From Thermodesulfobacteriota bacterium (GTDB lineage: Bacteria; Desulfobacterota; Desulfobacteria; Desulfobacterales; C00003060), in contig JAXHVD010000001.1 of assembly GCA_034189385.1 (NCBI GenBank), positions 256,001 through 320,000 on the forward strand: a stretch of DNA of 64,000 nt. The letters run 5' to 3'. Every line of letters begins with the position of its first letter. Positions within the stretch are counted from its first letter, which is position 1. Of this stretch, positions 49,201-56,464 are shown piece by piece. The position numbers were made by a program, and so were the translations under genes. The notes under the pieces were generated by a model. It saw nothing but the letters and a program-made list of their open reading frames with translations. It was not told the DNA's origin and did no database searches.

Positions 49201-49536
49201 GTGACCTCAAGTTCGGCCAAGCTGACTGGGACGGTCAATCCCAATGGTGAAAGCACCACGTCTTATTTCGAGTACGGTACGACCGAAAGCTACGAATTGA
49301 GCACAGGGGGCTTGAATTTGAATGCAGGCGGTACGGCAGAGCCCGTGAGTGAAGATATTTCCGGGCTGAATAAGGGCACAAGCTATCATTTCCGTTTGGT
49401 GGCCACAAATACCAAAGGGGCAGTGTACGGAGATGACATGACCTTTACTACGAAAAGCGGCGGTGGTGGTGGCGGTGGAGGTTGCTTTGTGGCCACGGCA
49501 GGTTTGAGCCTAACCCTGCCCCTGTTTCATCCGTGA
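46234..49536 (+). CDS. large secreted multidomain carbohydrate-active protein (CBM, GH-like barrel, golvesin/Xly-like domain, choice-of-anchor-U-like, FN3, CFI-box)
   Basis: NLVTNPGFE...AWFDDV; HPAVISWYLNDE; VIADAI; YYKYG.TP and DGKRGDD; GTVNPNG; GGGGGGGGCFVATA. Confidence 0.75.
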   Translation: MRMVCLYFFMAFLILWASGAAAENLVTNPGFEAGIGSPWASNSQTYYSLDSGAFHAGAQSLKVTVSETAGNHIWMGQSLQVTPGESYDVGAWIKTESVSGAGAQVFVEWSSPSTWLGGEYGFKTVKGTQDWQYTGLSGLIMPENATTATVFVSMLQGSTGTAWFDDVMVERQAKSVLETVLLRPNYRDKLLPDARSPEIGVEVILTPEEEDLTLGELEITVALKNESGDIVLQDGPIVPSSKRFEVDLDIAADTPPGDYTLAIDLFTGKTLLKQDTYLIERLSQEAFDDLTSYIDSYGRFILNDEPFFPLGLYVVECTNGSYAAELDEIADSPFDTLMNYSVNRCGSDATDAQIWGYLDELALPSRDLKLIFSLSEYFDGAPAGWATWMFSMPTDGTFDLYGWWTGGSNRASDAPYMVSYGSFSQTINIDQRIQTGAWNYIGSFTFAGSTSGTVVLGNDANGYVIADAIGWDTDGDSNPDIIVDDVDAGFSTQGNGWLTSTSVNSYLNHEHYHARFSDDIATITHKVNTFKAHPAVISWYLNDERDPTNYLSQLEERYAAITQADGNHPVWSVHWNTDWLLQEGHTTDIVGMDSYPIENLPITVVGEVADTALQAGRPLWFVPQIFDWRDYPGDPAGRDLTGRPPTKEEMRAMTYLATNHGAKGLIYYSYFNIRDDADYGTRWPQIKEIAAEIRDLRDVILSIHQTNDNDIACDNSNIDFKLMREGNRYYLFAVNTKEQALADVSFAINMELESSTVDVRFEEDLDGDRQVSLINGTIIDSFSPYEVHVYSWQGAADKDGDGFDSLEEWGPNRDDPNYDGNGDGYADSEYANVASGHTFDKQHYVTLAVSEPGRLSHCAAIDNPDPANTPFRRGFPHGFFRFQVSEFDSQDGCKDVTLLLPRNTNIEAYYKYGRTPDSPDHDHWYEFMFDRETGAEIFHEETLTRIVLHLCDGKRGDDALSVVGTIVDTGGPAIITTAAPSVVTGTADSVTSSSAKLTGTVNPNGESTTSYFEYGTTESYELSTGGLNLNAGGTAEPVSEDISGLNKGTSYHFRLVATNTKGAVYGDDMTFTTKSGGGGGGGGCFVATAGLSLTLPLFHP

Positions 49537-49782
49537 GAGCCTTTGATGAGTACAACTTGTTTTTCCTTTCCGCATTGACCTTTCAACTTTCAGCCCCCGG
49601 CTTCTAGGCCTGATTTCATGACACTGAGGGCTTTTCACAGCCTCTTCTCGCTGGTTCCCATAAGTTTCTTGATCCGCAAGGATGGACCGTTCACTTTGCC
49701 TAGCCCCGGGTACGCCGAAAATCTCATAATGTCGTAAGAATGGGTGTGAAGATGTTTCACCAGTGTTCACATGTACTCATAG

Positions 49783-50292
49783 GTGCTACTTGTGGATAAG
49801 TTTACGAGTTTTATGAAAGTCTTGGGGGCTCTTGAAAAAAAGGGTGTGGAATACATTCTTGTTGGTGGGGTAGCTGTCGTTCTTCAGGGCCTACCACGTA
49901 CTACAGAGGATGTGGATATCTTTGTCAAGCCGGAGCAAGCAAATATTGAGAGGCTTAGAGAAGCTCTTATGTCTGTATATAATGACACTTGTATTGGTGA
50001 GATCACACTTAGTGAGTTGGAACGGTATCCAGTCATACGGTACGGAACCCCTGATGGATTTTGCTTAGATATCCTTGCCCGTTTGGGCGAAGCGGTTGCT
50101 TTTGATGACTTGGATATGGAAGTAGTTGAAGTCCATGACGTTAACGTCCGCGTAGCCACGCCGGAAACATTATATCGTTTGAAAAAGGACACGGTGCGGC
50201 CGAAAGATCGCCAGGACGCCCTGTTTCTGAGGAAACTCATCGGGCAACGAAGCCTGAAGAAAGAAGCCTGTGACGGAGATAGCTCACAATGA
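49783..50292 (+). CDS. nucleotidyltransferase (AbiEii/DUF6036-like)
   Basis: LVGG.A...G.PR.T.D.D and K....RPKD..D motifs. Confidence 0.8.
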   Translation: MLLVDKFTSFMKVLGALEKKGVEYILVGGVAVVLQGLPRTTEDVDIFVKPEQANIERLREALMSVYNDTCIGEITLSELERYPVIRYGTPDGFCLDILARLGEAVAFDDLDMEVVEVHDVNVRVATPETLYRLKKDTVRPKDRQDALFLRKLIGQRSLKKEACDGDSSQ

Positions 50293-50546
50293 AAGGAGAT
50301 GAAAAGGGTAGAATACAGAAATTCAGCAGTTTCGAAGAAGCCGATGATGCACTCTACTGCTTTGAGCCAGACCAGGAATACTTCGACAGGGTTGCTCGCC
50401 TTTGGAATTTCGTAGATAGGCTATACCCCAGAGACTATATGCGTGGTATATTTCGCTACCGTTCCATTGACGAGGCGAATAGACAAGCCGAAGAATGGCT
50501 TGAAGAGCATACCAAGCGCTTTCAGAAACAGCGCATGCGCAAATAA
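50289..50546 (+). CDS. small hypothetical protein, possible partner of the nucleotidyltransferase
   Basis: ATGA overlap; internal repeat KFSSFEEA / RYRSIDEA. Confidence 0.6.
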   Translation: MKGDEKGRIQKFSSFEEADDALYCFEPDQEYFDRVARLWNFVDRLYPRDYMRGIFRYRSIDEANRQAEEWLEEHTKRFQKQRMRK

Positions 50547-50734
50547 GATCCCCACCATCCGGGAAATCGGCGTCGGAGAAACGTCGCCACACACAACACC
50601 AATCTTCGTTAGTCTGTGCCGGGCCCATTGAATTTGCATTGTTCAATTGGGGTTCGTCCGCGCCTAGACCAGGTGCCCTTGTGTAATCCTTGTCAAAACT
50701 TCAAAAAGCACTTGACCTCGGATTTCTTGCCATG

Positions 50735-50759
50735 TTATGAGTACTAAAAGTACTCATAA
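50735..50759. promoter_or_regulatory. perfect palindromic operator overlapping a promoter
   Basis: TTATGAGTACT-AAA-AGTACTCATAA, downstream of TTGACC (50712) and just before the RBS of the regulator. Confidence 0.7.
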
Positions 50760-50770
50760 AGGAGTGCCAA

Positions 50771-51328
50771 TTGGAGACGCTATTTTCCGGGCTGATACCG
50801 TCCAAAACCCGAATTAAACTTCTTGTGCGCTTCTTTTTCAATCCCGAGCTGCGCTCGTATCTTAGGGAACTTGCCAACGAATTTGGCGTTTCCACCAACT
50901 CGGTTCGCAAAGAGCTCAACCAGCTTACCCGTACTAATCTGCTGAAATCAGAAAGAAATGGACGACAGGTCTTGTACACGGCCAATGAAGACCATCCGCT
51001 GTTCCCTGAACTCAGGTCCATGGTTACCAAGGTCATGGGCGTTGATCAGGTGGTAGATGGCATTGTGAATCAATTGGGGGACCTTGAGGTGGCCTATTTA
51101 ATCGGTGATTACGCGGAGGGAAAGGATACGGGGATCATAGACCTGGTGCTGGTGGGAAGGATTGACAAGGGTCATCTGAACTATTTGATAGAAAGAACAG
51201 AGCAGCACATGAAGCGGAAGATCCGCCCCTTGGTGCTGAATCGTCAAGAGTATGAGAAACTCCTTCCGGAGTTGAGGAAACGGCCTCAGGTATTGCTCTG
51301 GGGAAATAACAGAGATCAGGGTGACTGA
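50771..51328 (+). CDS. winged-helix (ArsR-like) regulator fused to a minimal nucleotidyltransferase-like domain
   Basis: SKTRIKLL..FF.NP, YLRELA.EF..S.N.VR.EL and GDYA.G.D...IDL..VG. Confidence 0.82.
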   Translation: METLFSGLIPSKTRIKLLVRFFFNPELRSYLRELANEFGVSTNSVRKELNQLTRTNLLKSERNGRQVLYTANEDHPLFPELRSMVTKVMGVDQVVDGIVNQLGDLEVAYLIGDYAEGKDTGIIDLVLVGRIDKGHLNYLIERTEQHMKRKIRPLVLNRQEYEKLLPELRKRPQVLLWGNNRDQGD

Positions 51329-51365
51329 CCACTCCATCGGTTGTCTTAAATACTTCAACCTGAAA

Positions 51366-51561
51366 GGGCTGTTGCCCAAATCCCTTTTCGCTTGGGCTAA
51401 AGCGTTTTTTGACAAATGTGGGGCTCGCTCTAGGCGATGTCAAAACTCTCCGCCGCGGCGGATCAAGCAGTTGACATCGCTAGTCTTCCACTTCGCCAAC
51501 ATTTGTTGGCAAAAAACGCCTTAATGCCCGCTCAAAGGAATTCTTGTTTGGGCAACAGCCC
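51366..51561. mobile_element. MITE with perfect 15-bp terminal inverted repeats
   Basis: GGGCTGTTGCCCAAA / TTTGGGCAACAGCCC; TGAA one base outside each end; internal core like family B. Confidence 0.78.
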
Positions 51562-51785
51562 GTGAAGAATTGACTCTTGGGTCAGGGTTGACCGGCGAGG
51601 GGTGAAGCGCTGACCTTGCGACTTACGCGTAGCGTTGCAGATTGAGTTGAATCGCGGTCTCAGCGATTCGAGTCAGTACTTGGTGGTCTCAGCGAGCTCT
51701 GTGAGAGACAGTAGTTGACTTGGTTATGTCTTCTGTAACCCAGGGGGCGGAGCTGGTAAGTTATAACCAAAAGTCTTGAACTGTT

Positions 51786-51996
51786 GAGCCTTTGCACAAT
51801 CTATTTTCGCTCGTTCCTACAAGCTTTTTGACCCAGCCCACGGGCTCACCCACTAAATCGCAGAAACCCTCCGCCTCAGGCGGATCAAACAGTTTAGGAT
51901 ATACCCACTGACGTGGGCCTTTCATCCCGACGGAGCCGGGAATGGCTACCCCAAATACTCCACAATAACCGTTCGAAACAGTTATTCAAAGATCTC
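51786..51996 (+). mobile_element. MITE-like repeat family B
   Basis: GAGCCTTTGCACAA...GTTATTCAAAGATCTC. Confidence 0.72.
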
Positions 51997-52053
51997 CAAT
52001 CCCTGACGCTTTTTTCAAAACGAATTGCACAAGAGCAAGAGCCTCTGGGTAGT

Positions 52054-52797
52054 ATGAAAAAAACATCGCTGTCCGTGCTGGTGCCTGCCTATAACGAAGA
52101 GCGATTTGTAGAAAGAAGCCTGTATAGGTTGTTGGTGCTGGAGGAAAGTCCCTACCTTGAAAAGGTTCAGGTCATCGTTGTGAACGATTGCTCAACTGAC
52201 AATACTTCAGAGATACTTGACAGGCTTTCCTCGGAACTTCCACTGAAGAGTGAAGTGGTGCAGTGGAAATTCATCAATCACGAAAAAAACATGGGAAAAG
52301 GCGTGGCCGTTCAGACGGCATTGCAGGCAGCCGTCTGCGAAATAGCGGTGGTCCATGATGCTGATCTCGAATACCATCCGAAAGATATTATCAGAATGAT
52401 TCCCCTGTTTGTTGAAGAGGGTGCCGACGCCGTTTATGGATCAAGATTTGCGCCGCACGAGTACCGGCGAGTCCTCTTCTACAGGCACGAACTTGGAAAC
52501 AGATTCCTGACGTTCCTGTCCAATCTTATTTCGAACCTGAATCTGACGGACATAGAAACCTGCTATAAGGCCGTGAGAACCGCATTACTGAAGAGCATTC
52601 CTCTTAGAAGCAAGGACTACAGGATTGAGCCGGAGATAACGATGAAGCTGGCAAAAAGAAATGCAGAGATTTTCGAAATCCCGATTAACTATTCTGGAAG
52701 GACGTATCAGGAAGGGAAAAAGATCGGCTGGAGAGACGGGTTTAAGGCTATTTGGGCCATACTGCGGTTTGGTTTTTCAGATGACATCGGCCCGTGA
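52054..52797 (+). CDS. glycosyltransferase family 2 (DPM1-like)
   Basis: VPAYNEE, GKG, DADLEY.P, YGSRF, TDIETCYK and EGKKIGW. Confidence 0.9.
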   Translation: MKKTSLSVLVPAYNEERFVERSLYRLLVLEESPYLEKVQVIVVNDCSTDNTSEILDRLSSELPLKSEVVQWKFINHEKNMGKGVAVQTALQAAVCEIAVVHDADLEYHPKDIIRMIPLFVEEGADAVYGSRFAPHEYRRVLFYRHELGNRFLTFLSNLISNLNLTDIETCYKAVRTALLKSIPLRSKDYRIEPEITMKLAKRNAEIFEIPINYSGRTYQEGKKIGWRDGFKAIWAILRFGFSDDIGP

Positions 52798-52955
52798 GAC
52801 ACGTATATGGGCAGAATCTGAAGAAGGGAGATAAGTACTGTATATGCTTATGCCGGATCGTGTAGTCAAGATCATCTTGAGAGACCTTTATTCCAAAACT
52901 CCCCTTAGAAAAAACCAAGGCTCTCAGTATACTATGCCAGTTTCCAAATGCTGTT

Positions 52956-53792
52956 ATGTTTATGAACCAAAACGCCCCCATAACCATTATTGAGCCGTCC
53001 CGAGGCTGTATAAGCCTTAAGCTCCAGGATATCTGGGAGTATCGGGAGCTCCTGTATTTTCTAGTCTGGCGAGATATCAAAGTAAGGTATAAGCAAACGG
53101 CACTGGGAGCTGCGTGGGCAGTCATTCAGCCCTTTTTCACCATGGTTGTATTCAGCCTTTTCTTTGGGAGGCTGGCCAAAGTCCCGTCCGATGGCATCCC
53201 TTACCCCATTTTTAGTTATGCTGCCTTGGTGCCTTGGACATTTTTTGCTCAAGGCCTAGCCCAGTCTTCCAACAGCTTGGTGGGCAGTGCTCATCTCATC
53301 AGCAAGGTATACTTCCCCCGACTCGTAATCCCGATCTCCAGCATCCTGTCCGGCTTGGTAGATTTTGTCGTTGCGTTTATTATGCTGGTGGTGATGATGT
53401 TTTACTACAGGCTGTATCCTACTGCTGCCATCATCTTCTTGCCTGGTCTACTCCTCCTCGCCCTGATCACAGCCCTAGGGGTTGGCCTGTGGCTCTCTGC
53501 TATAAATGTGAAATACCGAGACGTGCGGTACACGGTTGGGTTCATCAGCCAATTCTGGCTCTTTGCGACACCTATTGCCTACCCGAGCAGCCTGCTTTCT
53601 GAACCATGGAGAACACTATACGCGATTAATCCGATGGTAGGTGTGGTAGAAGGCTTCCGTTGGGCCCTACTGGGCACCCAAACAGCACCTGGGCCAATGG
53701 TGGCCGTCTCCTCTCTCGTGGCCATTGTTCTCCTAATCAGCGGCGCCTTTTATTTTCGGAGGATGGAGAAAACATTTGCAGATATAGTTTAA
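52956..53792 (+). CDS. wzm: ABC-2 polysaccharide transporter permease
   Basis: RDIKVRYKQT.LG..W, KVYFPR, YRDV and NPM. Confidence 0.93.
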   Translation: MFMNQNAPITIIEPSRGCISLKLQDIWEYRELLYFLVWRDIKVRYKQTALGAAWAVIQPFFTMVVFSLFFGRLAKVPSDGIPYPIFSYAALVPWTFFAQGLAQSSNSLVGSAHLISKVYFPRLVIPISSILSGLVDFVVAFIMLVVMMFYYRLYPTAAIIFLPGLLLLALITALGVGLWLSAINVKYRDVRYTVGFISQFWLFATPIAYPSSLLSEPWRTLYAINPMVGVVEGFRWALLGTQTAPGPMVAVSSLVAIVLLISGAFYFRRMEKTFADIV

Positions 53793-53794
53793 GA

Positions 53795-54294
53795 GACGGC
53801 GGACTAACGACCGCAGACCGCAGAGAAAGAACTTAACCGCGGACCGCTGATGGCTGATCAATGGCAGCTTATTTAAGATATCAAGTACTTCTAGATGGGT
53901 TATAAATTCGAAAAATTAGAGATTTGGGAACTGGCGTTAGCATATATCGATCTTTTTTATCAGATTGCTGAAAAACTACCCCAGATCGAAAAGCGTAATT
54001 TAGGATCAAAGGCCCTGCGCGCTCCTACTTCAATTGCCTTGAACACTGCCGAGGGATCGACGGGTCAAAGCAATGCAGAACAAAATCGATTTATAGGCAT
54101 TGCAATCCGATCTCTGGTTGAAACAGTTGCTTGTCTCCATCTGATGAAACGAAGGAACTACATCGACAAAAGATATGTTTCAACGGTCCTGTTTCTTGAG
54201 CGAGCAGCTTTTTGGAAAACTTCAGGCTGTTAGAAACCACTTGAAATCCACAGCGGCTCCATAAACAGCGGTCTGCTGTCCGTTGTCAGCTGTC
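53795..54294. mobile_element. four-helix-bundle cassette with (GACCGCA)-like inverted arms
   Basis: 53795-53823 is an imperfect reverse complement of 54266-54294. Confidence 0.65.
53895..54264 (+). pseudogene. four helix bundle gene with a +1 frameshift
   Basis: FEKLEIW and SIALN.AEGS; removing one A from AAAA at 54168-54171 restores the family-like C-terminus SEQLFGKLQAVRNHLK, with stop at 54264. Confidence 0.7.
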
Positions 54295-54297
54295 ACT

Positions 54298-55608
54298 ATG
54301 AGTGATCTCGCCATCAAAGTCCAAAACCTTTCCAAGCAATACCAGCTAGGGGAACATCAACAGGCGTATTACAAGACTCTTCGAGAATCGATCATGGGCA
54401 CTCTAACCGCTCCATTTCGCCACCTGAAAAGTATACGGTTCTCACATGGCCTTGAGCCTTCAGCCTTGAGCCTTGAGCCGTCGAATGACTTCATTTGGGC
54501 CCTCGAGGACGTCTCCTTTGAAATCAAGCGCGGTGAAGTTGTAGGCATCATCGGCCGAAATGGGGCTGGCAAGACCACTCTGCTTAAGATCCTGTCACGC
54601 ATTACGGAACCAACGGAGGGCAGGGCTGAAATACACGGCCGGGTGGGCTCGCTGCTTGAAGTGGGCACTGGGTTTCACCCGGAACTGACGGGGCGAGAGA
54701 ATATTTTCTTAAACGGGGCTATCCTGGGCATGAGAAAGGCAGAGATTGAAGGCAAATTTGATAAGATCGTAGCCTTTGCTGAAATAGAGAAATTTATTGA
54801 CACCCCAGTCAAACGTTACTCCAGCGGCATGTATGTTCGGCTGGCGTTCTCCGTCGCAGCGCACCTGGAGCCTGAGATTTTGCTTGTCGATGAGGTGTTG
54901 GCAGTGGGAGATGCTGCATTTCAAAAAAAGTGCCTTGGCAAAATGGGGGACGTTGCCAAAGAGGGGCTCACGGTGTTGTTTGTGAGTCACAACATGGCTG
55001 CGATAGAAGGCCTTTGTCATTCAGCTTACCTGTTGGACCAGGGCCACATTATGGCCACTGGAAATGCCCATGAGGTTGTCGAAGTCTATATATCTTCCCT
55101 GAGACTGCTGGACGATCAGCCTCTGTGTGAAAGATCGGATCGTCAGGGAGATGGAAGGTTGAGATTCACCGACATGCAATTCCTTGGGGTGGATGGGGCA
55201 CCAATTGACATAATTCAGTGTGGGCAACATTTGAGAATCTGCATTGGATACAGTAGTGACATCGATGCATTACAAAACGTTGTGCTATCCATCGGTCTTT
55301 ATACAATGAGAGGACAGTGTATGCTCATATTGAATAACGAGATGGTTGGTAGTGAATTCAATTTCATTCCTCCTGCCGGCCAGTTTTGGTGCTCAGTCGA
55401 CCGTTTTCCCCTAGCGCCGGGCCATTACTATTTGAACCTTTTCTGTGAAGTGAATGGAGTCATCGTGGACTGGGTCCAACAAGCGGCCCATCTAACGGTG
55501 GAAGCGGGTGATTTCTACGGGACAGGTAAGCTGCCACCCCCAGGGCACGGAGGCCTACTGATTCCACATCGCTGGCAGGTAAGAGGGGAAAAGTTTAGAG
55601 AGGTCTAG
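54298..55608 (+). CDS. wzt: ABC polysaccharide transporter ATPase with Wzt C-terminal domain
   Basis: GRNGAGKTT, YSSGM, LVDEVLAVGD and VSH; C-terminal Ig-like domain. Confidence 0.93.
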   Translation: MSDLAIKVQNLSKQYQLGEHQQAYYKTLRESIMGTLTAPFRHLKSIRFSHGLEPSALSLEPSNDFIWALEDVSFEIKRGEVVGIIGRNGAGKTTLLKILSRITEPTEGRAEIHGRVGSLLEVGTGFHPELTGRENIFLNGAILGMRKAEIEGKFDKIVAFAEIEKFIDTPVKRYSSGMYVRLAFSVAAHLEPEILLVDEVLAVGDAAFQKKCLGKMGDVAKEGLTVLFVSHNMAAIEGLCHSAYLLDQGHIMATGNAHEVVEVYISSLRLLDDQPLCERSDRQGDGRLRFTDMQFLGVDGAPIDIIQCGQHLRICIGYSSDIDALQNVVLSIGLYTMRGQCMLILNNEMVGSEFNFIPPAGQFWCSVDRFPLAPGHYYLNLFCEVNGVIVDWVQQAAHLTVEAGDFYGTGKLPPPGHGGLLIPHRWQVRGEKFREV

Positions 55609-56318
55609 TGAAACTCAAGGAGCTTCTATTGTACCTTGTGGTTGCTTTTGGTCGACGTATGCCGCGCTTGTTGCGGTTTCTGCCGCTTCGTGCTGACATG
55701 ATCACCAGATTAAACTCGAAAGAGGCGTATGACCTCCTTTATGCACAAGATGATATGCTCGACCAATATCTCTCACCTGGACGGCTAAGCTTTTATGAAG
55801 AGGTAGCCAACCATTGCTCGGAGGTGTTAGTTACTACTTATCCGGTCAGCACAGTGCGCGTAGTAGATCTGGGTTGCGGAACTGGCCACTTGCTGTTTTA
55901 TCTGTGGAAGTGCCTTGGGCGCAGTCCGCACGTAGAGTTTTGGGGGGTTGACCATGCTCCTGCAGCGATTGAGAGAGGTAAAGAACTGATGCCTCAGGCA
56001 AAGCTGATCATAGGTGACATTTACAATACCAACCTCTACTCGAATTATTTTGATTTGGTACTGTGCACGGAAACTCTGGAGCACTTACAATTTCCAGAAA
56101 GAGCCGTCAAAGAAATGGATCGGATTTGCAGGCCTTGCGGAAAGACCGTTATTACAGTTCCTGACGGAGCGAAAGATAAATGGGCGGGTCACGTGAACTT
56201 CTGGACAGAGTCGGATCTTTGGGAGTTTTTGAAGCCATTTGGAGTGCGGGAAATTTTGCCGCTGGACAATGAGATGGTTTTTGGCGCTGTCTTGTCAAAA
56301 GATCGTGAAGTGATATGA
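55608..56318 (+). CDS. class I SAM-dependent methyltransferase
   Basis: VDLGCGTG, ETLEHL and ITVP. Confidence 0.88.
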   Translation: MKLKELLLYLVVAFGRRMPRLLRFLPLRADMITRLNSKEAYDLLYAQDDMLDQYLSPGRLSFYEEVANHCSEVLVTTYPVSTVRVVDLGCGTGHLLFYLWKCLGRSPHVEFWGVDHAPAAIERGKELMPQAKLIIGDIYNTNLYSNYFDLVLCTETLEHLQFPERAVKEMDRICRPCGKTVITVPDGAKDKWAGHVNFWTESDLWEFLKPFGVREILPLDNEMVFGAVLSKDREVI

Positions 56319-56464
56319 CTTATCGATTTTTTTACAGTTCGGTTTGGACCTACAAAATCGGTTGGAGCGAACCTCAGGCGACATGGATCAAGACTGCCTC
56401 GGGTGCTGTGCTATACGGAGGGGCGTTTGGACGAACTGCCCGATAAAATCTTTACGCAAGAGCT

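Noticed and set aside
52790..52850. Possible lost methyltransferase domain after the GT2
   Set aside because: Only a few residues of resemblance (YGQNL) in another frame
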